This document shows positions 48,335-61,500 of a DNA stretch of 64,000 nucleotides, piece by piece. The number at the start of each line of letters is the position of its first letter. Position 1 is the stretch's first letter. Origin of the DNA: Vitrella brassicaformis CCMP3155 (Eukaryota; Protista; Chromerida). The stretch is from positions 62,001-126,000 of the forward strand of contig CDMY01000274.1 of assembly GCA_001179505.1 (NCBI GenBank), written 5' to 3'. A program made the position numbers and the translations under genes. The notes under the pieces were generated by a model that was not told the origin of the DNA, searched no databases, and saw only the letters and a list, made by a program, of their open reading frames with translations.

Positions 48335-50602
48335 ATGGAGCAAGCACAGGTGCGTCTTTCTGGCGCACCCACTCCGTAGCACCCTCACGTGTGGCCTTTC
48401 TGTGCGCCTCCATGTGGTGCAGATGGCAAGCCAGTTTGAGTGCATGGTGTGCAAAGACTCCTGCGAGATCCATGGCTCCTACGAGCTCGAGTGCGGACAT
48501 CGCCTCTGCAGGTGGGAGAGGGCAGGGAGGGGTGGAGCGAGACAAAACGAGATGGCCGTATGTTGATGTGTGTGTGTGTGTGTGTGCCTGTGTGTGGTGG
48601 CTGCCCTGCTGCAGTGATTGTTTCGTCGGATACGTCAAGTCGAAGGTCGACGGGGGCAGAGTCTCTGGTACAGAGAGTCCGCCACCCACCACTGTCAACA
48701 CAAACACGTCTCGTCTGCCACCATCCATATCCATATCATCCACACTAACGACTCCTCCTTATTTGTCTCTCTCTGTGCCGCATTCATTGAATCTCAGCCA
48801 ACGATCTACGGTGCCCTCACGTGGACGAGCAGAACAATCAGTGTCAACAGGTGCGCGCCACTGGTGTCATGTCTGTGTGGACGCCTGACTGATGTGTTGA
48901 TGGGTCTGCCTGCCTGCGTCCTTTCAGGAGCTGTCTTACGACCAGATCGTCGGGGTCCTCTCAGAGGAGGACAAGCAGAAATTCCTCCGCTTTCGGTTCG
49001 CTCGCGTGATAAGTGGAGCGGGGAATAGTGTGTGTGTGTCTTTGTGTGTGCGCGTCGTTCAGTTTGGAGCAGTATCAGCCGGGCGACAACGAAATGAAAG
49101 TGTTAGTCCCACAACACGACAGAACCACAGGAACTCGCATACGTAATCCGTGTGTGTGTGGGGGTTCATGGCTGCAGCACATGCCCCTCGCCCGACTGCG
49201 TCACCTACATCATCGACAAGACGGCCACATCGGTACGCTACACCCAAGCGTGCACCAGCCACACACACACACACGCGAAAGAATCATTGACATTGCGTAT
49301 TAATGATCTAAACAGGTGAAATGCGCCCAATGCGGCCGTAAGTTCTGCCCTCACTGCTTGGAAGAGGTGAGCTCATGCTCTGACGCAATGGATAACACAC
49401 ACACAGAGGGCTGCCATTAACGACCAGGCCCACGAGGGCAGTACGTGTGAGGAGTATCGACGGTGGAAAGAGGAGAACTCTCAGGGCGATGGCGCCTTCA
49501 ACCGACTCGCAGAGCGGGAGGGATTCAGGGTATGGCGCCAGCAGAGGGCACACATGTGGCAAGAACGGACAGATGTGTGCGTGCCATGTGTGCATGTGTG
49601 TTTCATTTGCAGCGTTGCCCGGTGTGCGGCGTCATGTGCGAGAAAGTGAGGGGATGCAACTTCATGACCTGCGAGGTGCGTCGGGATATGCACGTCAATG
49701 GGGGGATGGATGGGCACGTGTCAATCTGCTGCCGATTCTGTCTGTATGTCTGTCTGTCTGTCTGTCTGCAGTCGATTCAGTGCAAGGCCAATAGGGTTCA
49801 TTTCTGCTACATCTGCGGCCAACAGCTGACACGGGCTGACGTATGTCGCCATCAATCACATGATGTGACGCGCACACACTCGTCATGTCACCTATTATCT
49901 TCCTGCTGTCCTCTCTCAGCACTACACGCATTTCGGTGTTCACGGCCCCTTTGGTGACGGCTGCGTCATCGTGCCAAACCCCCAGCAAGGTGGGAATCCA
50001 CACAATGGCACACACACAGCCTGATCAGCAAGACTGCTCATCGTGGCCGTTTTTCCTCCGTTGGTTCAGCCCGTCCGTACATCCATCCCGATGCGCGTGT
50101 CGTGCCTGTCCACCCGCCACGCCCACACCGTGCCTACAGGGGTGGCGCGGCTGCGGCTCCGGCTGCCCCGGCAGCCGGAGGACCAGGACCAGCGCCAGCG
50201 CCCGGCATACCCGAATTCCTCCGCGCCTTTCTTCAAGAACTTCCTGGGGGGATGGAGGTGGCGGCGGCTCAGAGGGAGATGGCCGCCGAGCAGAGGGAGA
50301 TTCAGCGAGCGATGGCCGCCGCGCAGAGGGACATGGCGGCGGCGCAGAGGCAGATGGCCGCCGACCAAAGGGCAGTGCAGCTGGAGGCGGCCGCCGCGCA
50401 GAGGCAGATGGCCGCCGACCAGAGGGCGAGGCAGCTGGAGGCGGCCGCGGCGCAGATGCAGATGGCGGCGGCACAGAGGCAGATGGCGGCCGAGATGGCC
50501 GCCGCGCAGAGGCAGATGGCGGGTGAGCAAAGGGCAATGCAGCGCGAGATGGCACAGATCGCCAGGGCGATGGCCGCGTCGCAGAGGGGGGTGATGGGAT
50601 GA
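48335..50602 (+). CDS. RBR (RING1-IBR-RING2) E3 ubiquitin ligase with a Met/Ala/Gln heptad tail
   Basis: RING1 CMVCKDSC...CGHRLCSDC; IBR CPSPDC...CAQCGRKFCPHC..AHEGSTC; RING2 RCPVCGVMCEKVRGCNFMTC...FCYICG with the catalytic Cys position intact. Confidence 0.9.
50280..50590 (+). repeat. Coding 21-bp tandem repeat (MAAAQRQ-type heptads)
   Basis: Repeated atggccgccgcgcagaggcag variants within the last exon. Confidence 0.85.
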
Positions 50603-51208
50603 TGAGATGACGCAAATGCTCGAGGTTTTCTGCCTGTCACATGCACGGTATGTTGTGCGTACGTGCCTTTCCTCCCTCCATCCACCCACACATGGATCCA
50701 TACATCCATGCCGACTCTTTTATTCAGTGAGTCAGTCATGTCGTTTTCTAGTCGTGCCTGCCACCTTGCCACCTTGCATATATTTTGTCACCTTGCGTGT
50801 CGTCACGTCGATGTCTGCAGACGCTGGTTTTTTCCGACAACAGGTAGTCCTGGTTGTTTGCCCTGCCTGAGGTGCGTGTGTCATGTGTGTGTGAGTGTAT
50901 TGAGTGCCTTTTTTCACTCTGCCACCCACGTGTTGGGTGAATGAGGACGGACACAACAGAAGACTCAGCCAGGTGAGCGCATTGATTTTTCATGATGGAT
51001 GCTGACAAGTCCTCAGTGGCGGCCGACCGGTCAGTGTCAGAACTACTCATACGCACACACACATACACACATAAATACACATGGCGACCACAGGAGCGAG
51101 CTCAGACGGTTTGGCTCCACACACGCACAGGCACTTAAGTCATCGGCACAGGCTCTTCATCCTATCAGGCCCTACTATCTATCTATCTTATCTCATCAGT
51201 ATACTAAC

Positions 51209-52264
51209 TCACACCAAAACCCTCCCGCTCTCGATATCAAAGTGCCCCAGCACATGGCGCCACATCGGCATCGACACAGGGAATCGGACGCTCAGCGGGG
51301 CAGGGGCAGCGGCGGCAGGGATTTCTGTCGTATACAGATGGATCAACGCCTTCGCCACCCACAGCCGGCCAGCCGCACTGTCCTCAGGTTGGAGGCCGCT
51401 GACATACACACGAAGACACCTCCTTGTGATGTCTGCTCGATGCTGCTCGGGAATGTCACCGTCGAGCAGCGACCGATAGACACTGTCTTGAACGGTCATG
51501 GGCGCCCGCAGCGAGATCCAGTGCCTCATCCCCAGGGTGTCCAGGAGAAAGGCCGAGAAGGAGAGATAAACCCAGGGCCCCCATCGGACGACTGGGTCAC
51601 TCTGCTGGTACCCCTCAGCAAAGCGGTGATTCACCGGGAGATCACCCAACGGCACCACACGCAAGAGCACCCGACGGAACGAACGAGTTCCGATTGCATA
51701 CAGCCGATTCTTGAGCGGCTGCAGCGTGAGGCTGTATCCGTTGCATGTCAGCTGATGTGAAAGCAGCTGATAGATCGCCACAGTGAGGGGCACCGAATCA
51801 AAGGCGGCCCGGCTGTGTAGGTGAGCCACTGACAGCACCAGGGGCAGCCCATTGGGGGTCAGCCGACAAATGGCGGCCAGCCGGACAGCCATGCCCATCA
51901 CACGCCACTCACTGCCGCCCTGCTCCAGCACATAAAGGCATCGCACCAAGTAGCCCAAGCGCGTCAGCCGTCGGCCGGTCAACCGTCTTGTGTATGCCCT
52001 CAGCCGCTGCAAGCAGCCCAGAATCACGCCGATAAGGCCGCCGAGCTGATTGAGAGAGGGCGTGGTGCGGTCGATGTCGATGAGGCCAGTGAGTCCATGG
52101 CGGCTGAGGAGGGCGTCGATGCGCTGCAGAAGCAGGTCCGCCGTGATCACCGCTGCGTGTGATCTGTCGGTGGCTCGAGCGGCAACAAGCTCACAGACGG
52201 GAAGGCACGGCAGCACCCCGCTGCGCCACAGCGGATCATCAGCAGTCATGGATGTGGGCGTCAT
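51209..52264 (-). CDS. Intronless F-box-like family member 3
   Basis: 351-aa ORF LWRSGVLPCLPVCELVAARATDRSHAAVITADLLLQRIDALLSRHGLTGLIDIDR, near-identical N-terminus to 38699-39802. Confidence 0.8.
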   Translation of the reverse strand: MTPTSMTADDPLWRSGVLPCLPVCELVAARATDRSHAAVITADLLLQRIDALLSRHGLTGLIDIDRTTPSLNQLGGLIGVILGCLQRLRAYTRRLTGRRLTRLGYLVRCLYVLEQGGSEWRVMGMAVRLAAICRLTPNGLPLVLSVAHLHSRAAFDSVPLTVAIYQLLSHQLTCNGYSLTLQPLKNRLYAIGTRSFRRVLLRVVPLGDLPVNHRFAEGYQQSDPVVRWGPWVYLSFSAFLLDTLGMRHWISLRAPMTVQDSVYRSLLDGDIPEQHRADITRRCLRVYVSGLQPEDSAAGRLWVAKALIHLYTTEIPAAAAPAPLSVRFPVSMPMWRHVLGHFDIESGRVLV

Positions 52265-52363
52265 ATATGGAAGTCGCCAGGCGTCGAAACATGGATGTCA
52301 CAGCCATTGGAAGGGCGAGCTCGAACTTCTTTTTGCGAGCTCAGACCAGAGGCTACGGAAGAG

Positions 52364-55179
52364 ATGAGAGGGCTCTTTGGAGCCGGGGCGGTGGCGCGCC
52401 TTCAACACTCCTGGCAGCGGTGCTCGAAGACGCTGCCAGGATGGTTGTCGCATCGTCGGCTGTCGACGGTTCCTTTGTCGGAGGCGATGAAGCGGAAGAG
52501 GGTGGTGGGGCACTTCGGCGACTCATTCACCGAGCCACAGGAGACGCCCAACGAGGGGATGCACCAGAGGTGAACACGTACACACACTCAACTCAATGAC
52601 TCACAATGATCCATTGATTGATTGACTCATTCACTCATTGATTGTGATGTGTGTGTGATGGTGTGTTTGGTTGCTTTGTGTGAGTCAGGTACGGCCAGCA
52701 GTTCGACAAGGTGAAGCGCATTCTGGCGTCGACCAACATGTTCTCCCACGCCCTCATCGAGGAGGAGTGCCTCGAGTACTACAACAACCTCGGGCTCAAC
52801 GAATACTACTTCCAAACCACCGCACCTGAAATGATCGCCAAAAACCTGCAGGCACACACACATACACAACACACACAAAACGCATGCAGAGACCCCTATG
52901 ACATGGCTGTGGCTGTGGGTGTGGCTCTCTGCGGTGCAGTCGGTGATAGCTGCCAAGATCCTGAATCGTGCGAGCGACAACGACCTGTTTCCGGTGATCC
53001 AGCAGGAGACCGACACGGAGGTCTTCTGGATGGCCCGGTCGTCGCTGCTGAACCGCAAGCAGTCGCAGAACTACCAGGTGGAGCGCATGCTCGAGCAGAA
53101 ATACCTCAACCTGGGCGGGGTGGACGTGGCCGGAAAGGTCAAGCCGTGGAGGCTGCAGTGCTACAGGTGCGGTGGCTGGGTGGGTGAGACGGCGGGCAGG
53201 CGACGTGTGTGTGTATTACGGGTGTTAGGTCGACTGGTTCGATCTATGACGACCCTGAGAAGTACTCTGAGCGGCTGCGGACGTACTTCCTGCAGAGGAT
53301 TGAGTACCCCGAGTACACGCCAGAGGTGAGGAGCGAGCCACAGACAGCCACTCGGCCACACCATGTGTGTGTTGCCTCTGTGTGTGTGTGTGTGTGTGCA
53401 GGAGCTTCAGGGCCTGGAGAACAATTCCGAGCTGAAGCGCATCACAGACGTGTATTTCTACGCCAACAAGAAGGGCACCGCCACCGAGGAGATATTCCAG
53501 AACCTCGTCAACAGAGTCGTCAACGACCCTTCGGGCCTCGGTATCTTCATCAACGTGGTCAGACACAGAGCTGCAACCACCAGATGCAGCCAGGTCACAC
53601 GTCTGCTTTGTGTGTGTGTGTGTGTGCGTGCGTGTGTGGCGTGTTCAGGAGCCGCGCGAGGATGGGTATTTCCGTCTGGACATTGCCTTTCGCCGCCACC
53701 ACATGGTGGCGGACTTCTTCTCGACGGTCGGCGACACCATCGCCATGTGGGGCATGTACTCACAGCGGAAATACGTCGAGCCGCTCGCAAACGGTCCGTC
53801 ACGCAGCCCACCAACAACCCATTGCCTATTGGATCGCCCGAATGGTGCAGGTGTGACGATGATGACGGCCTTCATCCATTTGCTGCCCGACCCGAACGAG
53901 GTGATCCACCCCGAGCTGACGCTCGAGAAGCGGATATCCCGGGTGGTCAAGGCCCTCAAGATGCAGTATCTCCTGCCCAGGAGCCACTTCACTGACCTCG
54001 CACAGGCCCGGCTGCTCAGCGTACACGAGGCCGCATACGCGTACGCCGTCTTCCGCTTCATCTACCAGTTCAGCGGAACCGTCGGACCCGCCTTTGCGCG
54101 GATTGCCAATGTGCTACAAGGTGGGGGGGATGGAAGGAGTCAGAAGGTGGTCCGCTCACCGTGTGTGTGTGTGTGTGTGTGTGTGTGTCATGTGTGCAGA
54201 TTCGGCTGAGGTGTCGAGCCAGGAGTTGTATGAGGTCCGCAGTCGGCTCAAAAGGCCGCCGTTCTCTGAGGAAACGATCGGTGACGCCGTGGCCAAACAT
54301 CCAGACATCGTCAGGAAGCTATACAAAGAGTTCCAGGTTCGTTGGGCAAACCATCGGCAGGAAGGAAGCGCACCCACTGTCTTGCTGCCTCTGTGCGTGT
54401 GTGCGTATATGTGGTGGGCGTGTGCTCAGGAGCTGCACCATCCGACGATATACAAGGCGAATGACAACCAGCTAACCCCATTCAACCCCGCAGCACCCGT
54501 CGCTGCTGACATCGAGCGGCTCGACGACCCTGATAGGGTCAGAATATTCGGGTAAGCGCATACGCGCAGACGACAGACGGACAGGACGCCCCCACCACGC
54601 ACACCTGTCGACATGGGTGTCTGTGTCTTTCCTTCCTGCCTGTCTGCCTGCCTGTCTGCCTGGCAGGATGTTTCGCGAGTTCAATCAGTATGTGGAGAAG
54701 ACCAACTTCTGGAAGGAGAACAAGCTGAGCCTGGCCTTCAGACTCAACCCGTCCTTCCTCCCTGACAGCGACTACCCCGAGAAGCCACACGCCGTCATCT
54801 TCGCAGTCGGCAACGGCCTCTACGGATTCCACACACGCTTCTCAGAGGTCGCCAGGGGCGGCATACGCGTCGTATGGTCCAACTCACAACAGGTCCGGCT
54901 GCACGAACACTTGCATGCCTGTTGACGCCCTCTCCCTCTCTCTCTCTCTCTCTGCGTGTGTGTATGCGTGTGGACGGGGCAATGTGTGTGCAGGCGTACC
55001 TTCAGAACCGGCAGCGCGCGTTTGACGAGTGCTACAATCTGTCCCGGACGCAGCACAACAAGAACAAAGACATCCCGGAGGGCGGCGCCAAGGGGGTCAT
55101 CCTCCTGCCCCAGACGTCCGGCATCGCGGTCAGACATAAGCGCCAACCCACAGAGGCCATGGATATGCATGGAGCCATT

Positions 55180-55219
<40 letters not shown>

Positions 55220-57164
55220 TGTGCAGGAAGCGGCTGCGTTGACGCCAGTGGCGTTCAAGAAGTATGTGGACGGCTTGTTGGACCTGCTGCTTCACGACGA
55301 CCGCATTGTGGACCGGCTGGGGCACCCAGAAGCCCTGTTTCTCGGTCGGTGAGGAGGAATCGACAGCACCACCACCACACAGCCCGGATGCATCTTGGGT
55401 GGGTGATGGGTCCTTCCTGGCCAGGGCCTGACGAGCACACGGGGACGGGCGGGTTGATGGACTGGGCGGCCAACCATGCCAGACACAGGGGCGCCTGGTT
55501 CTGGAAGGTCAGAATACAAAGCTACCGACCATCACACACCGACTGGCATTCACTCTCTCTTATGTCTGTGTCTGTGTCCAGGGCTTCACGACGGGCAAGG
55601 CGCCCAACATGGGTGGCATCCCACATGACATCTTCGGCATGACCACCACGTCTGTCGAAGGTTTCATCAATGGCATCCTGCACAAGCTCGGCAGGAAAGA
55701 GGACGAGGTCACCAAGTTCATGACCGGCGGGCCGGATGGCGACCTAGGATCAAACGGCATACTCATGTCCAAGACCAAGACGGTCGGTATTGTGGACGGC
55801 TCAGGGGTGCTCTACGACCCCAACGGGCTCGACCGCCCAGAGCTCGAGCGCCTGGCGCACAAGCGCTTCGAAGACGGGCCCGACCAGACGTGTGCCATGC
55901 TCTTCGACGCGAGCAAGCTGAGCCCCGGCGGCTTCAAGGTGTCGATTCACGACAAGGACGTCACCTTGCCCGACGGCACATACGTCCCATCCGGCCGCAC
56001 CCTGCGGGACGAGTTCCACCTGACGAGCACGCTGAGGGCCGATCTGTTCAATCCCTGTGGGGGCCGGCCTGAGTCAATCAACGCGCTAAATGTGCACCGG
56101 ATGTTCGACAACGAGGACATCGAGAAGGGGCACCCGCGGTGAGCAGCAAATGTCACCACACACACACACACACATAGGCCATATCGACCTGTGTGCTGTC
56201 GTCCCGTCCCATGTCAGGTTTCAGTATGTGGTGGAGGGCGCCAACGTGTTCATCACGGACGACGCGCGCCGCGTGCTCGAGAAGCGGGGGGTGATCCTGT
56301 TCAAGGACGCGTCGGCCAACAAGGGCGGCGTGACGTCGTCTTCGTTCGAGGTGCTGGCGGCCCTCACCATGACAGACGAGGAGTTCGACCAGCACATGAG
56401 GTGCCCGCTGAAGGAGAACGGCGCCATCGACCTTGACAGAGCCCCCCAATTCTACAAAACGTACTTGCACGAGGACACCGCACGGGCCACCAACACCCAC
56501 AGGACATCTCTCCCCCTCTCTCCCTCTCTCTGTGCGCTTGGTGTGTATGCAGTTATGTGGAGCAGGTGAAGCACAAGATCGAGGAGAACGCGAGTCTGGA
56601 GTTTGAGGCCCTCTGGCGTGAGGGCGAGCGCAGCGGCAAGCCCATCTGCGACCTGACCGACATCCTCTCGAGCAAGATCATCGCACTCGACAACCAGATC
56701 CAGGCACAGGCCAGGGCATCCCGCAAGGGCGGGCGTCCCTCGTCGCTCTGGGGCGACCCCGTGCTGCGCGAGGCCACCCTGCAGGAGGCCATCCCCGATG
56801 CACTGTGCCCCGGACTTGTCAATGTCGAGGGGCTCATGACACGGTGCGTGAATGGGGTGGGAGGTGGGGAGGTACAGATGGATGGATGGATGGATGTGTG
56901 TCCGTGTTCAGGATTCCCGAGTCGTATCTGTTGTCGATCTTCTCCTCCTTTCTGTCTGCCCGCTTCTACTACATCAACGGCATCGAAGCAAGCCCCTTCC
57001 ACTTCTTCGGTCGGTCAGACCACCAACCACGCACGCACCTCCTCTCTGCCTGATTCACTGTGTGTGTGTGTCTTGTCCATCGATCCTCAGACTTTGTTGG
57101 TGCGATCCGCACACGTGGCTGGCAGAGCCTCCGAGAATCCTACAACGAGGACGCCGCCAAGTGA
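52364..57164 (+). CDS. GDH2: Large NAD-specific glutamate dehydrogenase (GDH2-type) with a probable mitochondrial presequence
   Basis: GFHTRFSEVARGGIRVV, TQHNKNKDIPEGGAKGVIL, LFLGPDEHTG, FTTGKAPNMGGIPHDIFGMTT, TKFMTGGPDGDLGSN, VEGANVFIT, KDASANKGGVTSSSFEVL; leader MRGLFGAGAVARLQHSWQRCSKTLPGWLSHRRLS; stop at 57164. Confidence 0.93.
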
Positions 57165-58574
57165 TGGACACACACGTGGATGGATGGATGGATGGATGGA
57201 TGGGCGCCTTCGGTCGGTCTGTATGTCTCTATCGCTCACTAGTCAGCTAGGGGAATGGGTGGCTGCATGGATGGCCCGTTGTGTGTATGCTTTTTTCACT
57301 GTTGTACAGCTACGCTAAGCTCATCCTCGCACAGACAGACAGCCCGGCTTCGCGCTTGTCTTTTCAATTTTCGCCTCAAACAGGCTTATAGGGTGCGAGA
57401 GCCACGCACTGTCGGCTGCATGTGGCGGGTGCGTGTCGGTGTTGTAACCCACATGGGCGTGGGTGCGTTGCGTTGTACAGGTGGGTGGGGGCTGTGTGGG
57501 TGGGTCTACCTTTCGTTTGGGTGAGTCTGTGTGGTGCCTGCCTGCTGGTGCTGTGGTGCCGTTTTTTCCTGTCAACCGCAGATTGGTGCTGCGTGTTGTC
57601 TTGTGGGTGTGTCGGTGTACTGTGTGTGCGACAGACAGACAGACAGAGCGGCAGAGAGAGAGAGGGAGAGAGAGCGGCGGAGAGAGTTAGGTGATGTGGC
57701 ATAGCGTGATACGGTGACCATCTATCCAGTGAATGCACCCACTTGTCACCAAAGTATGCTCTCGAGAGACAACCAATGCAAGATCGCAACAGAGGCGAGG
57801 AAGCCCGCACACCACAATACAGACAAGCCATCATCGGCGACCACCCGTTCTTTCCACACGCACGGGAAACACAGATGGACGGATGACTGCATTGATGGGA
57901 ATGGATCAAAGGGGCAAATTGACTGATTTGCATCTGTATATGCGTCCACGAACTCAGTCAAACACTCCATCGATCGGCCGGCCGTCCAGCCACCGACCGA
58001 CATGCATGGACACCGCACACACACACACATAGCGATCGGTCCCTTCACGTTACACAATATGCATGTTGTTCCAAGTGCACTCCTCTACGACTACCACTGG
58101 CACGTGAGGCATCACCAAGCAACTTGTCACCTAGGTTGCGTGGCTAGCTGTCCTCCACCCACTGACAACGCATCCACACGCCCCTTCTGCCTGTCTGCCT
58201 GCCACACTACAACAGAGTACGTGAGGCCTTCAGATGACCGAGCCAGTCATACGACGTGGCAAAAAAAAGTAGCGTAAGTATGTGCATCGCCATGTACTTA
58301 CATGTGCATCACATCCAATACCCGACACAGCACTATGCTGCAGCCATGGAGAGACAAGAGACGCGTCGATTACACGTCGTGTGTGGTGTGTGTGCACCCT
58401 TGGCTACGCAGATGCGGGCACAGCTGATAGGTCGAGTGTATTCATTGCCCCGTATCACTCACTACTCACTCACTCACAGCACACAGACAACCCTGGCCAC
58501 AAATCGTAAGCTCTCAAAAACACACGTCGACTACGACCTTATGCATACCGCTTCGTCCATTCTACTACACTAAG

Positions 58575-61500
58575 TCACATCTCTCTCTGACGCCTTCTCA
58601 GCCTCCCTCGCCTGTCTGCGCGATTCCAACCAGCTCCGGAGGAGAGACAAGCCGTTCCAGAGCACTGCTGCGGAGGTAAGGACGGCAGAGAGTGTGGTGC
58701 GGACCTGTCTGTCGGCTGTGCTTCGATGCGGGAGACCTCCGACTGATCAAGACCTACATCATCGGATTTCTTGCCGGCCTCCAGTCGAGTGGACACTGAA
58801 CACATCACCATCACATGTGTGTGCGTAGTACATATCACGATGACGTAACAAACCGACCTTCGCTAGAGTTGCGAAATATAGTGGAGAAATCGGTAGTCCT
58901 CATGTCCCGCAATTTCTGCCCAGCCAGCCAAACAAACATCCAGCCGCGGACATGAGCAGGTCCTCCCTCGTTGCCTTGCTTACGGTGGCGCTGCCGTCGT
59001 CGGGTTTCGGCAGGTGGACGACCACATGGCCTCCTCGTCGGCTGCGCGTCTCCACTCGCCTCTGCCGCAGGCTCTGCACCAAGAAGGCATTGCTCCACAG
59101 GAACTCATGGCTGACCAAACCAACACATACACAGACAAATCATCTACTACTGTGCGTGGTGGTGCGTGTGTGTGTATGTGCTTACAAGTCTCCGGGCACG
59201 TCTGTGAGTTTGAGTTTCTCTATGGCTTCCTGCACGGCGGCTGACGTCAGCTGCATGGCCGTCACCACACGATGCACTGGCCGGCCGGCATACAGAGAGG
59301 CAGAAGCAGCAGCAGGGGGGCCGTCAGCGGAGAGGGCCGCGCTGGACCAGTCATAGAAGACTTTGGGTGAAAAGCGCCGTCTGCCTTCCTCTCTGTGGAT
59401 GAGCCACGACACTAGAGGGCCACTCAGACAACCAGAAACAACTCGGGCTGATTGAAATGAGACGACACACGCAGGCTGATGGAACAGAGGATGATGGTTG
59501 TGTGCTCTTCCATTGCCCACCGAAACCCTTTTTGCGGTCGGTGAGGGCCGTGTAGGTGTAGCCCACTTGCAGCAGGCCATACCGACATATCTGCGTGCCC
59601 AGCATGATGTAGTGCACCAGATTAACCGCAATGACTACCAGCACAAGGCCGACCGTCAGATCCAGTGAAGTCCCCTCGGGCAGCATGACAACAAAGTGCA
59701 TGACGAACAGCGACAGGAGCCAGACCAGCAGCCCACGCAGCTCAGACCGATTGAGGATGTCCATGTTGCCACGATCGAACGGCCAAACAGCGAAATGCAA
59801 CGCCAGACAGACCGTGGCGACCACAGTCCAGCTGAGCAGCTATTGGCGGGGCTGCGCCGTCGCTTGCTGTGCGATCAGCAGCACCAATACACGCCGCATG
59901 GCAAAGATGGCGTCCCAATAGTAAAAGTTCTTGCGATACCCGGCATACAGGAAACCCACTCGCCGTCGAGTGTGGTGGTCCTGCAGGCCGTCTCTGTGTC
60001 GCCATAGAAACGCCACGCCGCCAATGACGGGGGCGAATGTCCAGAGCAATAGACCAGCCACGGCAATCCAGAGGAAAGGGGCATGCTCGGCCGACCGACA
60101 GATGACGTGTGAGTCGAGGTCCATTCGGGGACGCATGTCATCCATCGGGTCAATGGGCAGCAGGCTGACACTCTCGCCTGGCGCGATAAATATAACACCG
60201 TCCACATAGGGATACCATCGACACCGCAGGAGGGCCAGCATGTTCTTGGTCACTGTGGGATGAAGAAAGGTGAGGATGACGACCATCATGGTGCCCCGGT
60301 TGTCGAGCCACTGCCGCCATCGGCCGCTCTTGGGCGGCTCCGCTGACGAATGCTGACAGGAGGGACGCGTCACTGGCTCGGTTCGGGAGTCATTCTGGAA
60401 TGTGACCGTTCGCTGGTAAGGGCCGTGTGCGGCGGTGGCGTTGTCGGCTCTGCCATCGGTTACGGACGGCGGTGTCGAGAGGGCTCGGAGGTGGGTGTCG
60501 GTGGCCAATGGAGTTGATTGGTCGCTGCCAATGCGCCGTCTCGACTTGAAGGCATGCCGCGCTTTGTCAAACCCGCTCGCTGCAGCCGTGACACGACAAG
60601 GTGGAAACCACCACAATACGTCGCCCTCTAGGATATGTGTGTATGGTTACCAATGAGGGGCACAGCTGTAAGCCAAATGAGTGGGAGCGCCAGCCACATG
60701 GCATGGCGATATAACACGCATTCGTCGCCCACGTAAGGCCTCAGCACACACTCGCACACCTGTTCGATTGGTGTCCGTGTGTTGTGTTGGTGTGCTGACT
60801 GTGATGTGATCCATGGCTACCTGATAGCTTTGCGCGATGCCGCCATCCCAGGCGAAGAACCTGCCGAGCAGCGACGATATCTGGTCGCCCCAGATGGACG
60901 ACTTGTCAAACGCGAGAAAGGCCAACCCGCACACCTGCACACACACCCCACCAGCAACAACAGAGAGGTGATGAGAGGCGAGTGCACGTCTTTCTGCATC
61001 TCGTAACGTACAGCGGTGATGTGCGAGAGTCCGATTTTGGTCAATTGAGAGGGCACCTCAGCGCCCAGAGACGAAGCCGCCCTGCACACACACAGACACA
61101 CACACATACACACACACACACGCACACGCAACACGAAAATCGATCGACTTAAAAGTCTTGCGTGAGAGGTGGACCGTTCCGCGAGTGCTGTGAGTATGAA
61201 GATGGCCATCAGAGTGGCAACCAGGAGGAGCACATTGACAACCGCAATCTGCCACAGCGGGGCACACTCGGTGCACGGCTGCTGGGGCGTCTGACGCGAG
61301 AAACCCGCCTTGCACCGAGAGCACACAAAACCCTCATGCCCTTCCTGTGTGACACACAAACAAGGCAAGAACGAAAAAATGGCGTTTCTCGGAGGGATGC
61401 AATTGGCTCTTACCGAGCATATGTTGAGGCCATTTGTCTTGTTGGTGCCTATACAGGCCGACGGCAACGGGCACGGCGTCACTATCGGCAACGAGGTCAA

